The translations under genes were made by a program, and so were the position numbers. The notes under the pieces are model-generated. The model had not been told where the DNA came from. It searched no databases and saw only the letters and a program-made list of their open reading frames with translations. Of a stretch of DNA of 64,000 nucleotides, positions 19,793 through 27,183 are shown in pieces (the stretch's first letter is position 1; each line of letters opens with the position of its first letter). Source of the stretch: Christensenella sp. (GTDB lineage: Bacteria > Bacillota > Clostridia > Christensenellales > CAG-138); contig JAYFQU010000017.1 in the NCBI GenBank assembly GCA_034926785.1, positions 50,794 to 114,793 on the forward strand. Direction: 5' to 3'.

Positions 19793-20251
19793 ATGAATCA
19801 AAAGCAAAAGTCCGTTCTCTCAAAAATCTTTGCCATTTCCGGAGCAGTCTTTCTCTGGGGACCGATTCTGTTTCTATTTGTCAGCGCCATTTGGAGCAGC
19901 ATACGGGCAAAGAGCTTTTTGTTTGACTATTTTACGCTTGCGGAGCTTTTCCCAATCGTTGCGCTCGGGCTGGTTCTGCTCGTGTTGGCGAGTCTGGTCG
20001 CCCGCATCTATGCCAAATGGTTCGGCTGGGGCAGTGTCGCCGCCCTCGTCGCCCTCGCAAGCGGACAAATCTACGCAACCGTATCCGGCCTTGCCTCCGG
20101 CGCGATCGTCTCAGGCGGCTCCGCAATCGCTATCGTCATCGCCTCCATCATCGTCTTTAACCTGATGATCCTTGGCCTCGCAATCCTCGGCGCGGTTCTC
20201 GTCCGCCGTCTGTATTCAAAAAAACATTCAGCGCCTGCCCCAACCGAATAA
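19793..20251 (+). CDS. Hypothetical integral membrane protein
   Basis: 152 aa, about four hydrophobic helices, RBS GGAGG, followed by a strong terminator. Confidence 0.65.
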   Translation: MNQKQKSVLSKIFAISGAVFLWGPILFLFVSAIWSSIRAKSFLFDYFTLAELFPIVALGLVLLVLASLVARIYAKWFGWGSVAALVALASGQIYATVSGLASGAIVSGGSAIAIVIASIIVFNLMILGLAILGAVLVRRLYSKKHSAPAPTE

Positions 20252-20285
20252 ACACCCACACACGAAACGAACTCCATATATTTTT

Positions 20286-20307
20286 GCCCGCTCCGGCGGG
20301 CTTTTTC
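20286..20307 (+). terminator. Rho-independent terminator
   Basis: GCCCGC-TCCG-GCGGGC followed by TTTTT. Confidence 0.8.
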
Positions 20308-20407
20308 GTTCGTTTTGTGATCTCCTCTCTCGACAATCTCCTGTGCCGGGTGGTAGGATAATCACGCGGTAAAACGACTATGCTTCCACCAAAGGAGTGG
20401 CATCTAT

Positions 20408-21373
20408 ATGAAACAAAAAACAAACATCGTCTATCTTGCCGGCGGGTGCTTCTGGGGTATGGAGAAGCTCATGCAGTCCATCCCCGGCGTGCTCGACGCG
20501 GTAAGCGGGTACGCCAATGGAACCGGCGAGCAGGATGCGGACTACAAGACCGTCTGTACGGGCAAAACAGGCTTTCGCGAGACCGTCGCCGTCACCTACG
20601 ACCCCGAACGCGTGACGCTTGATCAGCTGCTGTTCGCGTACTTTGAGGTGATTGATCCCACGGCGGTTAACCGGCAGGGGCACGACGTTGGCACCCAATA
20701 TCAGGCCGGCATCTACTATGCCGACGAGGAGACGCGGAAAACCGTTGAACGCGTAACCGCCATCGAGCGCGCGCGTACCCCCGGCTTTGCAGTGGAGATC
20801 GGCCCGCTCGTCAATTTCTTCCCTGCGGAAGAGTATCACCAGGACTATCTGGACAAAAACCCCACCGGCTATTGCCATATTCCGTTTGCGGAGATTGCGC
20901 GGCTCTCAAAAGCAACGATCGACGCGGGCAACTATTCGCGCCCGGCGGATGCGGAGCTTCGCGCCGCGCTCACGCCGGAGCAGTTTGCCGTCACGCAGCA
21001 GGGCGCGACGGAGCGCCCCTTTACGAGCGAGTTCTACGGCAGCACGAAAAAGGGGCTGTATGTGGACATCGCCACGGGCGAGCCGCTCTTCACATCGGAG
21101 GATCAGTATCGCTCTTCCTGCGGCTGGCCCTCGTTTACCAAGCCCGTAGAGCCGTCGGTGGTCATCAAGCGCGCGGATAACACGCATGGCATGCGCCGCG
21201 CGGAGGTTCGCTCGCGCGCGGGGGACTCGCATCTTGGCCATGTGTTTGACGGCGATCCCGAGTCCCCGAACGGCGTGCGCTATTGCATCAACGGCGCTTC
21301 CCTGCGCTTCGTCCCCTACGAGGCGCTGGAACAGGAGGGATACGGATATTTGAAGGATCGTTTCCAGCGGTAA
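20408..21373 (+). CDS. msrAB: Bifunctional methionine sulfoxide reductase MsrA/MsrB
   Basis: 321 aa. Contains the MsrA motif GGCFWG and the MsrB motif RYCINGASL. Confidence 0.95.
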   Translation: MKQKTNIVYLAGGCFWGMEKLMQSIPGVLDAVSGYANGTGEQDADYKTVCTGKTGFRETVAVTYDPERVTLDQLLFAYFEVIDPTAVNRQGHDVGTQYQAGIYYADEETRKTVERVTAIERARTPGFAVEIGPLVNFFPAEEYHQDYLDKNPTGYCHIPFAEIARLSKATIDAGNYSRPADAELRAALTPEQFAVTQQGATERPFTSEFYGSTKKGLYVDIATGEPLFTSEDQYRSSCGWPSFTKPVEPSVVIKRADNTHGMRRAEVRSRAGDSHLGHVFDGDPESPNGVRYCINGASLRFVPYEALEQEGYGYLKDRFQR

Positions 21374-21484
21374 ACGATTCGGACAAAAGGCGAAAAACCA
21401 AGCAAAGCGCGCGAAATTGTGCTATACTGCCAATGCGCGCTTTTTGCATGCGCAAAATCTTTGTAGCATCGGAGCGGTTCCGGC

Positions 21485-22630
21485 ATGATCTATCTCGACA
21501 ACAGCGCGACTACACGCGTTCTGCCCGAGGCGGCGGACGCTGTTGTTCGCGCAATGACCGAGCAGTTTTATAATCCCGCGAGCGCTTATCGGCCCGCCGT
21601 CGCCACCGAAAAAGCGGTGGAAGCGGCACGCGGCAGACTCGCCGCCGCGCTTGGCTGCGCGCCCGGCGAGGTGCTGTATACCTCCGGCGGTACGGAGAGC
21701 AACAATATGGCGATCCTCGGTTCGCTCAAGCCGTTGCGCGGGAAGCGCCGCATCATCACAACCCTTGGCGAGCACCCTTCCGTCTACGAGGTCTTCCGCT
21801 CGCTGGAGGGCGCGCAGGAGGTCGAGGTTGTCTTTGTCGGTCTGAACGCGGACGGCACGGTTCGTCTGGATCAGCTTGAATCCGCGCTGACGCCGGAGAC
21901 CGCGCTCGTCTCCGTGATGCATGTCAACAACGAGGTCGGTGCGGTCAACGATCTTTCGGCCGTTTCTGCGCTGGTGAAAACACGCGCGCCCAACGCCGTT
22001 GTGCACTCCGACGGCGTGCAAGCCTTTTGCAAACTGCCCTTTTCGCGTACGGCCGCCGATCTGTATAGCATCAGCGCGCATAAGTTCCACGCGCCCAAGG
22101 GCGTTGGCGCGCTTATGGTCCGCAGCGGCGTCAAGTTTGCGGGCGGTCAGATCGGGGGCGGCCAGGAGAAAAACCTGCGTTCCGGCACGATGAACGTCCC
22201 CGGCATTCTCGGTCTGGATGCGGCGCTCGCTGCCTACCGTCAGGAGCAGGGGGCATGGATCAGCCGCATGCGCGCCTGCAAAACGCGTTTGGCGGAAAAC
22301 CTCTTGTCGATTCCCGATGCGCAGGTCAACGGGCCTTCGCCCGAGTGCGGATCGCCGCATATCCTCAACGTCTCCTTTCCCGGTGTGCGCGGCGAGGTAT
22401 TGGTCAACGCGCTCTCCGAGCGTGAGATCTATGTCTCCACCGGCAGCGCATGCTCTGCCCATCAAAAAGGGCAAAACCGCATCCTCACCGCGATGGGCAT
22501 CACCAGCGCGCGCGCGGAGGGCGTGTTGCGTTTTAGTTTCTGCCCCTTTCACACGCCGGACGAGATGGATCGGACAGCGCAGGCGCTGTTAGAACAGGTC
22601 GCGTTCCTGCGCCGTTTTCAACGCAGATAG
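21485..22630 (+). CDS. Cysteine desulfurase (NifS/IscS class)
   Basis: 381 aa. PLP lysine in SAHKFHAPKG and catalytic Cys in STGSACS. Immediately upstream of thiI. Confidence 0.92.
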   Translation: MIYLDNSATTRVLPEAADAVVRAMTEQFYNPASAYRPAVATEKAVEAARGRLAAALGCAPGEVLYTSGGTESNNMAILGSLKPLRGKRRIITTLGEHPSVYEVFRSLEGAQEVEVVFVGLNADGTVRLDQLESALTPETALVSVMHVNNEVGAVNDLSAVSALVKTRAPNAVVHSDGVQAFCKLPFSRTAADLYSISAHKFHAPKGVGALMVRSGVKFAGGQIGGGQEKNLRSGTMNVPGILGLDAALAAYRQEQGAWISRMRACKTRLAENLLSIPDAQVNGPSPECGSPHILNVSFPGVRGEVLVNALSEREIYVSTGSACSAHQKGQNRILTAMGITSARAEGVLRFSFCPFHTPDEMDRTAQALLEQVAFLRRFQRR

Positions 22631-22663
22631 ATCGTTTGAAATTTGAATTCTTGGGAGTATAAC

Positions 22664-23836
22664 ATGGAACCGGTATTGCTCGTCCGCTATGCGGAAATTC
22701 ACCTAAAAGGGCTCAATCGCCCCTATTTTGAGCGCAGCCTGATGAAGCGCATCTCGCTCGCACTGCGTCCGGCCCCCGTTAAGGTGGTTCGCGAACAGGG
22801 GCGCGTGTTCGTCTTCGGCATCCCTGCGGAAGAACTGGACGGGGCCGCGGATAAGCTCACGCGCGTATTCGGCATTCATTCCGTCAGCCCCTCGCTCGCG
22901 GTTGAGAAGGACTGGGACGCGATGATAGAGGCTGCCAAAGCGCTGGTTGCAAAGCGGATTGCCGGGCTTTCCGGCGCGAGCTTCAAGGTGATCGCCCGCC
23001 GTGCGGACAAGCGTTTTTCCATGCGCTCTCTCGAGATTTGTCGCGTGATGGGCGGCGTGCTGTTGGACGCGTTCCCGACCCTTCGGGTCGATGTGCATCA
23101 GCCGGATTTCTATGTCGGCGTGGAGGTTCGGCAGGAACAGGCGTTTCTTTTCGCGGAGGAGCGCATGGGCGCGGGCGGCATGCCCGTCGGCACCAGCGGA
23201 CACGCAATGCTGCTCATCTCCGGCGGCATCGACAGCCCTGTCGCCGGGCATATGATCGCCAAGCGCGGCGTCCGTCTCTCCGCGGTGCATTTTTACAGCT
23301 ATCCCTATACCAGCGAGCGCGCGCGGGAAAAGGTGGTTGAACTCACCCGCATCTTAACCAACTATACGGGTGAAATCTCGCTCTATCTTGTGCCCTTTAC
23401 GGAGATTCAGCTCGCAATCTACGAAAAATGCCCCAAGAGCGAAACAACGGTGCTGATGCGCCGCTTGATGATGCAGATTTCCGAGCGGATCGCGCTCTCC
23501 TGCGGCGCGCAGGCACTCGTCACCGGGGAATCTCTGGGGCAGGTCGCGAGTCAAACCATCGAAAGCCTCACGGTGACCAACGATGCGGTGAGCCTGCCCG
23601 TATTTCGTCCGCTGATCGGCTTTGACAAGGAGGAGATCATCGACCGCGCGAAGGCGATCGGTTCGTTCGACACCTCCATCCTTCCCTATGAGGACTGCTG
23701 CACGGTGTTTGTACCCCAGCACCCTGTCACCAAGCCGAAGCTAGAAACCATCCGCCGCAGCGAAGCGCTGGTCGATTTTGCCCCGATGATTGACAGAGCG
23801 ATTGCGCAGACCGAGCAGCTGACCATTGAACCATAG
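22664..23836 (+). CDS. thiI: tRNA 4-thiouridine synthase ThiI
   Basis: ATG 22664 follows GGGAG. THUMP region plus the PP-loop SGGIDSPVA. Confidence 0.93.
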   Translation: MEPVLLVRYAEIHLKGLNRPYFERSLMKRISLALRPAPVKVVREQGRVFVFGIPAEELDGAADKLTRVFGIHSVSPSLAVEKDWDAMIEAAKALVAKRIAGLSGASFKVIARRADKRFSMRSLEICRVMGGVLLDAFPTLRVDVHQPDFYVGVEVRQEQAFLFAEERMGAGGMPVGTSGHAMLLISGGIDSPVAGHMIAKRGVRLSAVHFYSYPYTSERAREKVVELTRILTNYTGEISLYLVPFTEIQLAIYEKCPKSETTVLMRRLMMQISERIALSCGAQALVTGESLGQVASQTIESLTVTNDAVSLPVFRPLIGFDKEEIIDRAKAIGSFDTSILPYEDCCTVFVPQHPVTKPKLETIRRSEALVDFAPMIDRAIAQTEQLTIEP

Positions 23837-23857
23837 CTCAAGCTCTATCACAAGCGT

Positions 23858-23893
23858 ACGGGGCGGTTTGATAGATCAGGCCGCCCCGTTTTC
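23858..23893 (+). terminator. Rho-independent terminator of thiI
   Basis: ACGGGGCGG...CCGCCCCGT followed by TTTT. Confidence 0.75.
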
Positions 23894-23999
23894 TGCACAT
23901 ATTTTACACAACATTCACAGCAGCCAGTTTTGTTACGTAGTATAATCTATTCGGTGAGTGATGCCCGCTCGCCTCGGATCTCTTTGGAGGATGGTAATT

Positions 24000-24317
24000 A
24001 TGAAGTTTATCTTTCGCCTGATCGGCATATTGGTGGTATTAATCATTCTGCTGATGGCCGTTTTGACCTATCTGGACAGCAAGGATCTGCTCAGCGGAAA
24101 GCTGGAGCGGCTCATCAGTTCCCTTCGCGTGCTCGGAAAGCAGGCCTGGTCGGAGATTCTGCTGTTCATGCAGGACTCCGGTATTGCAGAGGATGCAGCC
24201 GGCCTCTTAGATCAAGGCGCGAATTATCTAAGGGATAGCGTAGACCCCAACGCAACCAGCAAGCCCGGCTCGGAGGCCTTTTTTACCCCGATTCCGGAAG
24301 CTACCCCGGCAGGATAA
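24000..24317 (+). CDS. Hypothetical small membrane-anchored protein
   Basis: ATG 24000 follows GGAGG. 105 aa with one N-terminal TM helix (FRLIGILVVLIILLMAVL). Confidence 0.55.
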   Translation: MKFIFRLIGILVVLIILLMAVLTYLDSKDLLSGKLERLISSLRVLGKQAWSEILLFMQDSGIAEDAAGLLDQGANYLRDSVDPNATSKPGSEAFFTPIPEATPAG

Positions 24318-24342
24318 CCCCCTAACCCAAGCAGGTAAATGC

Positions 24343-24380
24343 AAAAAGGCCTTCCGCACGAAAAAGCGGAAGGCCTTTGT
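24343..24380. terminator. Bidirectional terminator (end of the HEPN operon and of the + strand small gene)
   Basis: AAAGGCCTTCCGC-ACGAAAAA-GCGGAAGGCCTTT, a 13-bp stem with T-runs on both strands. Confidence 0.78.
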
Positions 24381-24398
24381 AGTAGTCAATATGATGTT

Positions 24399-24857
24399 TT
24401 AGGAGGGAATCTTTGGAATTTCGATTTCAGGCAGGAACGAACGCAGCCACGCTACCGTCTCCACCGTTTTTCGATGGAGTTCCAGCGCAAGCGAGCGATC
24501 AACAAACCGGCTGGTAATGTTTTTGTAGGAAAACGGATAGTCGGACATGTAGTAGAACATGACATCCATTAAAAAGTCCTCGCACTCATTCTTCCGCTCT
24601 TCCAGCCGTATCTGGTCTGTTTGCGTACGGAATGCTTCGCTCGACGTAATCTTGGAGAAAAGAAAATTAACGTTGTGTGTCTTGGGCGGTTCCGCCTCCA
24701 TAAAGTAGACATACATGCCTTTGAGCTGCCGTTCGACCGCCTGCTGACTCAGATACGCAACATAGACCCACCGTTCGCCCTTGATCAGCGCGTCAATGGT
24801 ACCAAGATCATAGTCCGACAACATCAGCCAATATCCGCATTTTTCCTGTTTGTTCAT
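24399..24857 (-). CDS. HEPN domain protein
   Basis: 152 aa. YLSQQAVERQLKG...PKTHN matches the HEPN (PF05168-type) helix pattern. Its ATG overlaps the HD-GYP stop (ATGA). Confidence 0.8.
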   Translation of the reverse strand: MNKQEKCGYWLMLSDYDLGTIDALIKGERWVYVAYLSQQAVERQLKGMYVYFMEAEPPKTHNVNFLFSKITSSEAFRTQTDQIRLEERKNECEDFLMDVMFYYMSDYPFSYKNITSRFVDRSLALELHRKTVETVAWLRSFLPEIEIPKIPS

Positions 24858-25783
24858 ACGCTTTCCGCCCCTCCTTCATCCAGAGCGCCACTCTCCACGA
24901 GCCGGTTGAGTACGTTGGTGATTCTGCTGTCAAATTCTTCCGGCAGAGCAATCAGCTCCGCCGCCGCCTGGGAAAACGTTTTTACAATGTTATAGCCGCG
25001 GTTGGTCGTCATTGCGTCAAACACATCCGCAACGGCGACAATTTGCGAGGAGAGGCTGATGTCCTCCGCCCGAAGCCCGCGCGGATAGCCCGATCCGTTG
25101 AGCCGCTCATGATGGTTTCTCGCGATTTCAGCAATCTGCTCGCCAAACTTTGGAAGCAGCATCCGCCCGCTGTCCACCGGATGACGCAGAATATAACGCA
25201 GTTCCGCATGCTCCAGACGGTCCGGCTTTTGCAGGATCTCAACCGGGACAAAGCACTTGCCAACGTCGTGAAACAGCGCCGCAACGGCGAGATCGTCCCG
25301 CGGGATCGGCGGGCAATCCTCCTGCATCGCGTCGTAGAGCGCAAGAGAATAATACAGCACTGCCTTGCTGTGACGATATGTATAGTGGTCTTTTTCGTTC
25401 ACGCGCTTCAGCAGCTCATTCAGGCTCTCTTCAAACCGGGAAACAGCCTCAAATGCCGGGCAGTTTGTCACATAGACAATCTGCGTGTCGCCCTGCATCC
25501 GGATGGGGACTTCGCGCTTGAGATTGGAAACCGAAAACGAATCCCCGGGGCCGAGGGTGACGAGGCCGTCGTCCAGCGCCAGCTCCACAACGCCCTCATG
25601 AACAAAAAAAATCTCCGTTGCGTCCGGATCGCTCGCCGGATATAGCCAAACAAGAGACTCGCCATTGATGCGATGGAGCATGACCTCCAGATCGCCCTGC
25701 TTGGCCAGCAGTTCCGTACCAGATTCATTTTCCGCGGCGGATCCAGCCGCTTCGGATCTTTTGTTAAATTGTATGCCGTCCAT
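24854..25783 (-). CDS. Cupin-domain / HD-GYP-domain phosphohydrolase
   Basis: 309 aa. N-terminal cupin-like barrel (EIFFVHEGVVELALDDGLVTLGPGDSF), then HD-GYP motifs HSKAV, LFHDVGK, HHERLNGSGYP and DVFDAMT. Confidence 0.88.
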   Translation of the reverse strand: MDGIQFNKRSEAAGSAAENESGTELLAKQGDLEVMLHRINGESLVWLYPASDPDATEIFFVHEGVVELALDDGLVTLGPGDSFSVSNLKREVPIRMQGDTQIVYVTNCPAFEAVSRFEESLNELLKRVNEKDHYTYRHSKAVLYYSLALYDAMQEDCPPIPRDDLAVAALFHDVGKCFVPVEILQKPDRLEHAELRYILRHPVDSGRMLLPKFGEQIAEIARNHHERLNGSGYPRGLRAEDISLSSQIVAVADVFDAMTTNRGYNIVKTFSQAAAELIALPEEFDSRITNVLNRLVESGALDEGGAESV

Positions 25784-25822
25784 TCTCCCACCCGGAACTT
25801 CAGCCGACGCGCCTAAGATATG

Positions 25823-26164
25823 CTAAATAGGACGAAGCTCCAATCCGTACGCTTCTATTTCCTCTATAATACCACACGGCGTAGCTAATTCATAGGTGTG
25901 AAATGGCTGAACTTGTATGTCCAGTTCCGGATTGACGCAAATGCGCGCCAGCTCGCGGTATTGCCGCAGCAGGCGCGCATCCAAACAATCAAAGAAAACC
26001 GCGAGATCGATATCGCTGTCACAATCGGCGCAGTGCTTGGCATAAGAACCGAAAAGAACGACCTTGCTGACCTGTTCAAGGGCATAAATTCCGCGGCAGA
26101 CGCCGCGCATCAGCGCGGCATGCTCGCCGAATAATCCCTCAAAATCGCTGCAGACCTCGATCAT
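25823..26164 (-). CDS. Minimal nucleotidyltransferase (MNT, Pol-beta superfamily)
   Basis: 113 aa. Contains VVLFGSYAK (GS motif) and DSDIDLAV (DxD). RBS AAGGAG lies 5 nt before the ATG. Confidence 0.85.
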   Translation of the reverse strand: MIEVCSDFEGLFGEHAALMRGVCRGIYALEQVSKVVLFGSYAKHCADCDSDIDLAVFFDCLDARLLRQYRELARICVNPELDIQVQPFHTYELATPCGIIEEIEAYGLELRPI

Positions 26165-26202
26165 TACCGCTCCTTACCACCGAGCACACTCGAACGAATG
26201 GA

Positions 26203-26583
26203 TTAGAGCCGAATGATGCGCAGCGGATCAATCAATACCGTTTGACCATCAATATAATACGTAGTATACTCGCAAACAACAATCGCGCCAATAGAATTCG
26301 CATAGGCCATCACGCCCGAGACGATGGTATCCACCGTAGCCATCAGCCGGGGTACATCATTCCAGGGCGTCAGCTGCGCAACCTTGACCGCGCGCTCAAT
26401 CTGGCGGTTGGCCTGCTTGACCATGCGCTCCAACACCTGAAACTGTGCGTCGGTATAGCGCTCGCTATGGCCGGAAACCGTCGCGTAAGAAGCGCCGTAG
26501 TTCCCCTCCGCGTTTGCCACGCCAGGAATAATCGTCACAAGCAGCAGTACGCAAATCAGGACGCTCATCCATCTCTTTTTCAT
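26203..26583 (-). CDS. Hypothetical secreted protein
   Basis: Start at MKKRWMSVLICVLLLVTIIPGVANA (ATG 26583, RBS GGAGGGG). Signal peptide plus ~100 aa with no recognised domain. Confidence 0.65.
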   Translation of the reverse strand: MKKRWMSVLICVLLLVTIIPGVANAEGNYGASYATVSGHSERYTDAQFQVLERMVKQANRQIERAVKVAQLTPWNDVPRLMATVDTIVSGVMAYANSIGAIVVCEYTTYYIDGQTVLIDPLRIIRL

Positions 26584-26640
26584 TGTTTTCCCCTCCGAAA
26601 CGAATTTTGTTTCGGTTTGGAGTCCCCAGCGACGAAGCAA

Positions 26641-26676
26641 TAAAAAGACAGCTTGCCCTTTATTGCCAAGCTGCCA
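26641..26676 (-). terminator. Intrinsic terminator in the riboswitch expression platform
   Basis: Minus strand reads GGCAGCUUGGC-AAUAAAG-GGCAAGCUGUC followed by UUUUUAUU. It lies about 60 nt upstream of the RBS of the 26583 gene. Confidence 0.6.
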
Positions 26677-26724
26677 AAGATTCGTACGCTGCGCGAAAAC
26701 AACTTCTGTTCGGCAGGACACTCA

Positions 26725-26825
26725 ATTGGCAACTGGCTGCCATCGGCGCATCTCTTTGCGCCATTAGGCCCTTTAGCTTTGCGTCACCCGCTTTCACGGG
26801 TTTTGCCTTTTTCGTGGGAGTTGCT
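26725..26825 (-). promoter_or_regulatory. c-di-GMP-I (GEMM-I) riboswitch aptamer, candidate
   Basis: Minus strand reads ACGAAAAAGGCAAAACCCGUGAAAGCGGGUGACGCAAAGCUAAAGGGCCUAAUGGCGCAAAGAGAUGCGCCGAUGGCAGCC. It shows GGCAAA-CC, a GAAA-capped hairpin, the GACGCAAAGC junction and a CCUAAU//GAUGG receptor-like loop, in the order seen in Vc2. Confidence 0.75.
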
Positions 26826-26840
26826 CCTAAACCTGGGCTT

Positions 26841-26869
26841 AAAATATCACATTACTATTACATTGTCAA
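26841..26869 (-). promoter_or_regulatory. Promoter of the riboswitch-controlled operon
   Basis: Minus strand reads TTGACA, then a 17-nt spacer ending in TGA, then TATTTT (extended -10 TGnTATTTT). It lies in an AT-rich tract just upstream of the aptamer. Confidence 0.5.
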
Positions 26870-27183
26870 TATACTAATTATATCTTTCTTGTGATTTTAT
26901 GTGACTTTTATCACTTTTTCGCGTCGTTGCTTCCTATTTTTCTCAAAAATACGCACCATTTCTAAATCGTATCCGACGATCCCGCAGTCCATAATGTTAC
27001 ATCGCACTTCATAATCGATCGCGGATCGTGTAGACAACAGTTCAAAATACCAGTCATATGCGTTTCGAGCACCCCATGATCGCCCCTGTTTCGGATGCTC
27101 CTGCCTTTGAAAATGGATCGGCGGTTCTTTCTGAAAACGCGGGCGCGTGGTATAATTTCTTCTATATGATCGGGAGGTGCGGT

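Noticed and set aside
21422-22552. 376-aa ORF antisense to the cysteine desulfurase gene
   Set aside because: It lies entirely within a well-supported gene on the opposite strand. It is Arg/Ala/Gly-rich, as expected for shadow frames in GC-rich DNA, and has no RBS or recognisable motif.
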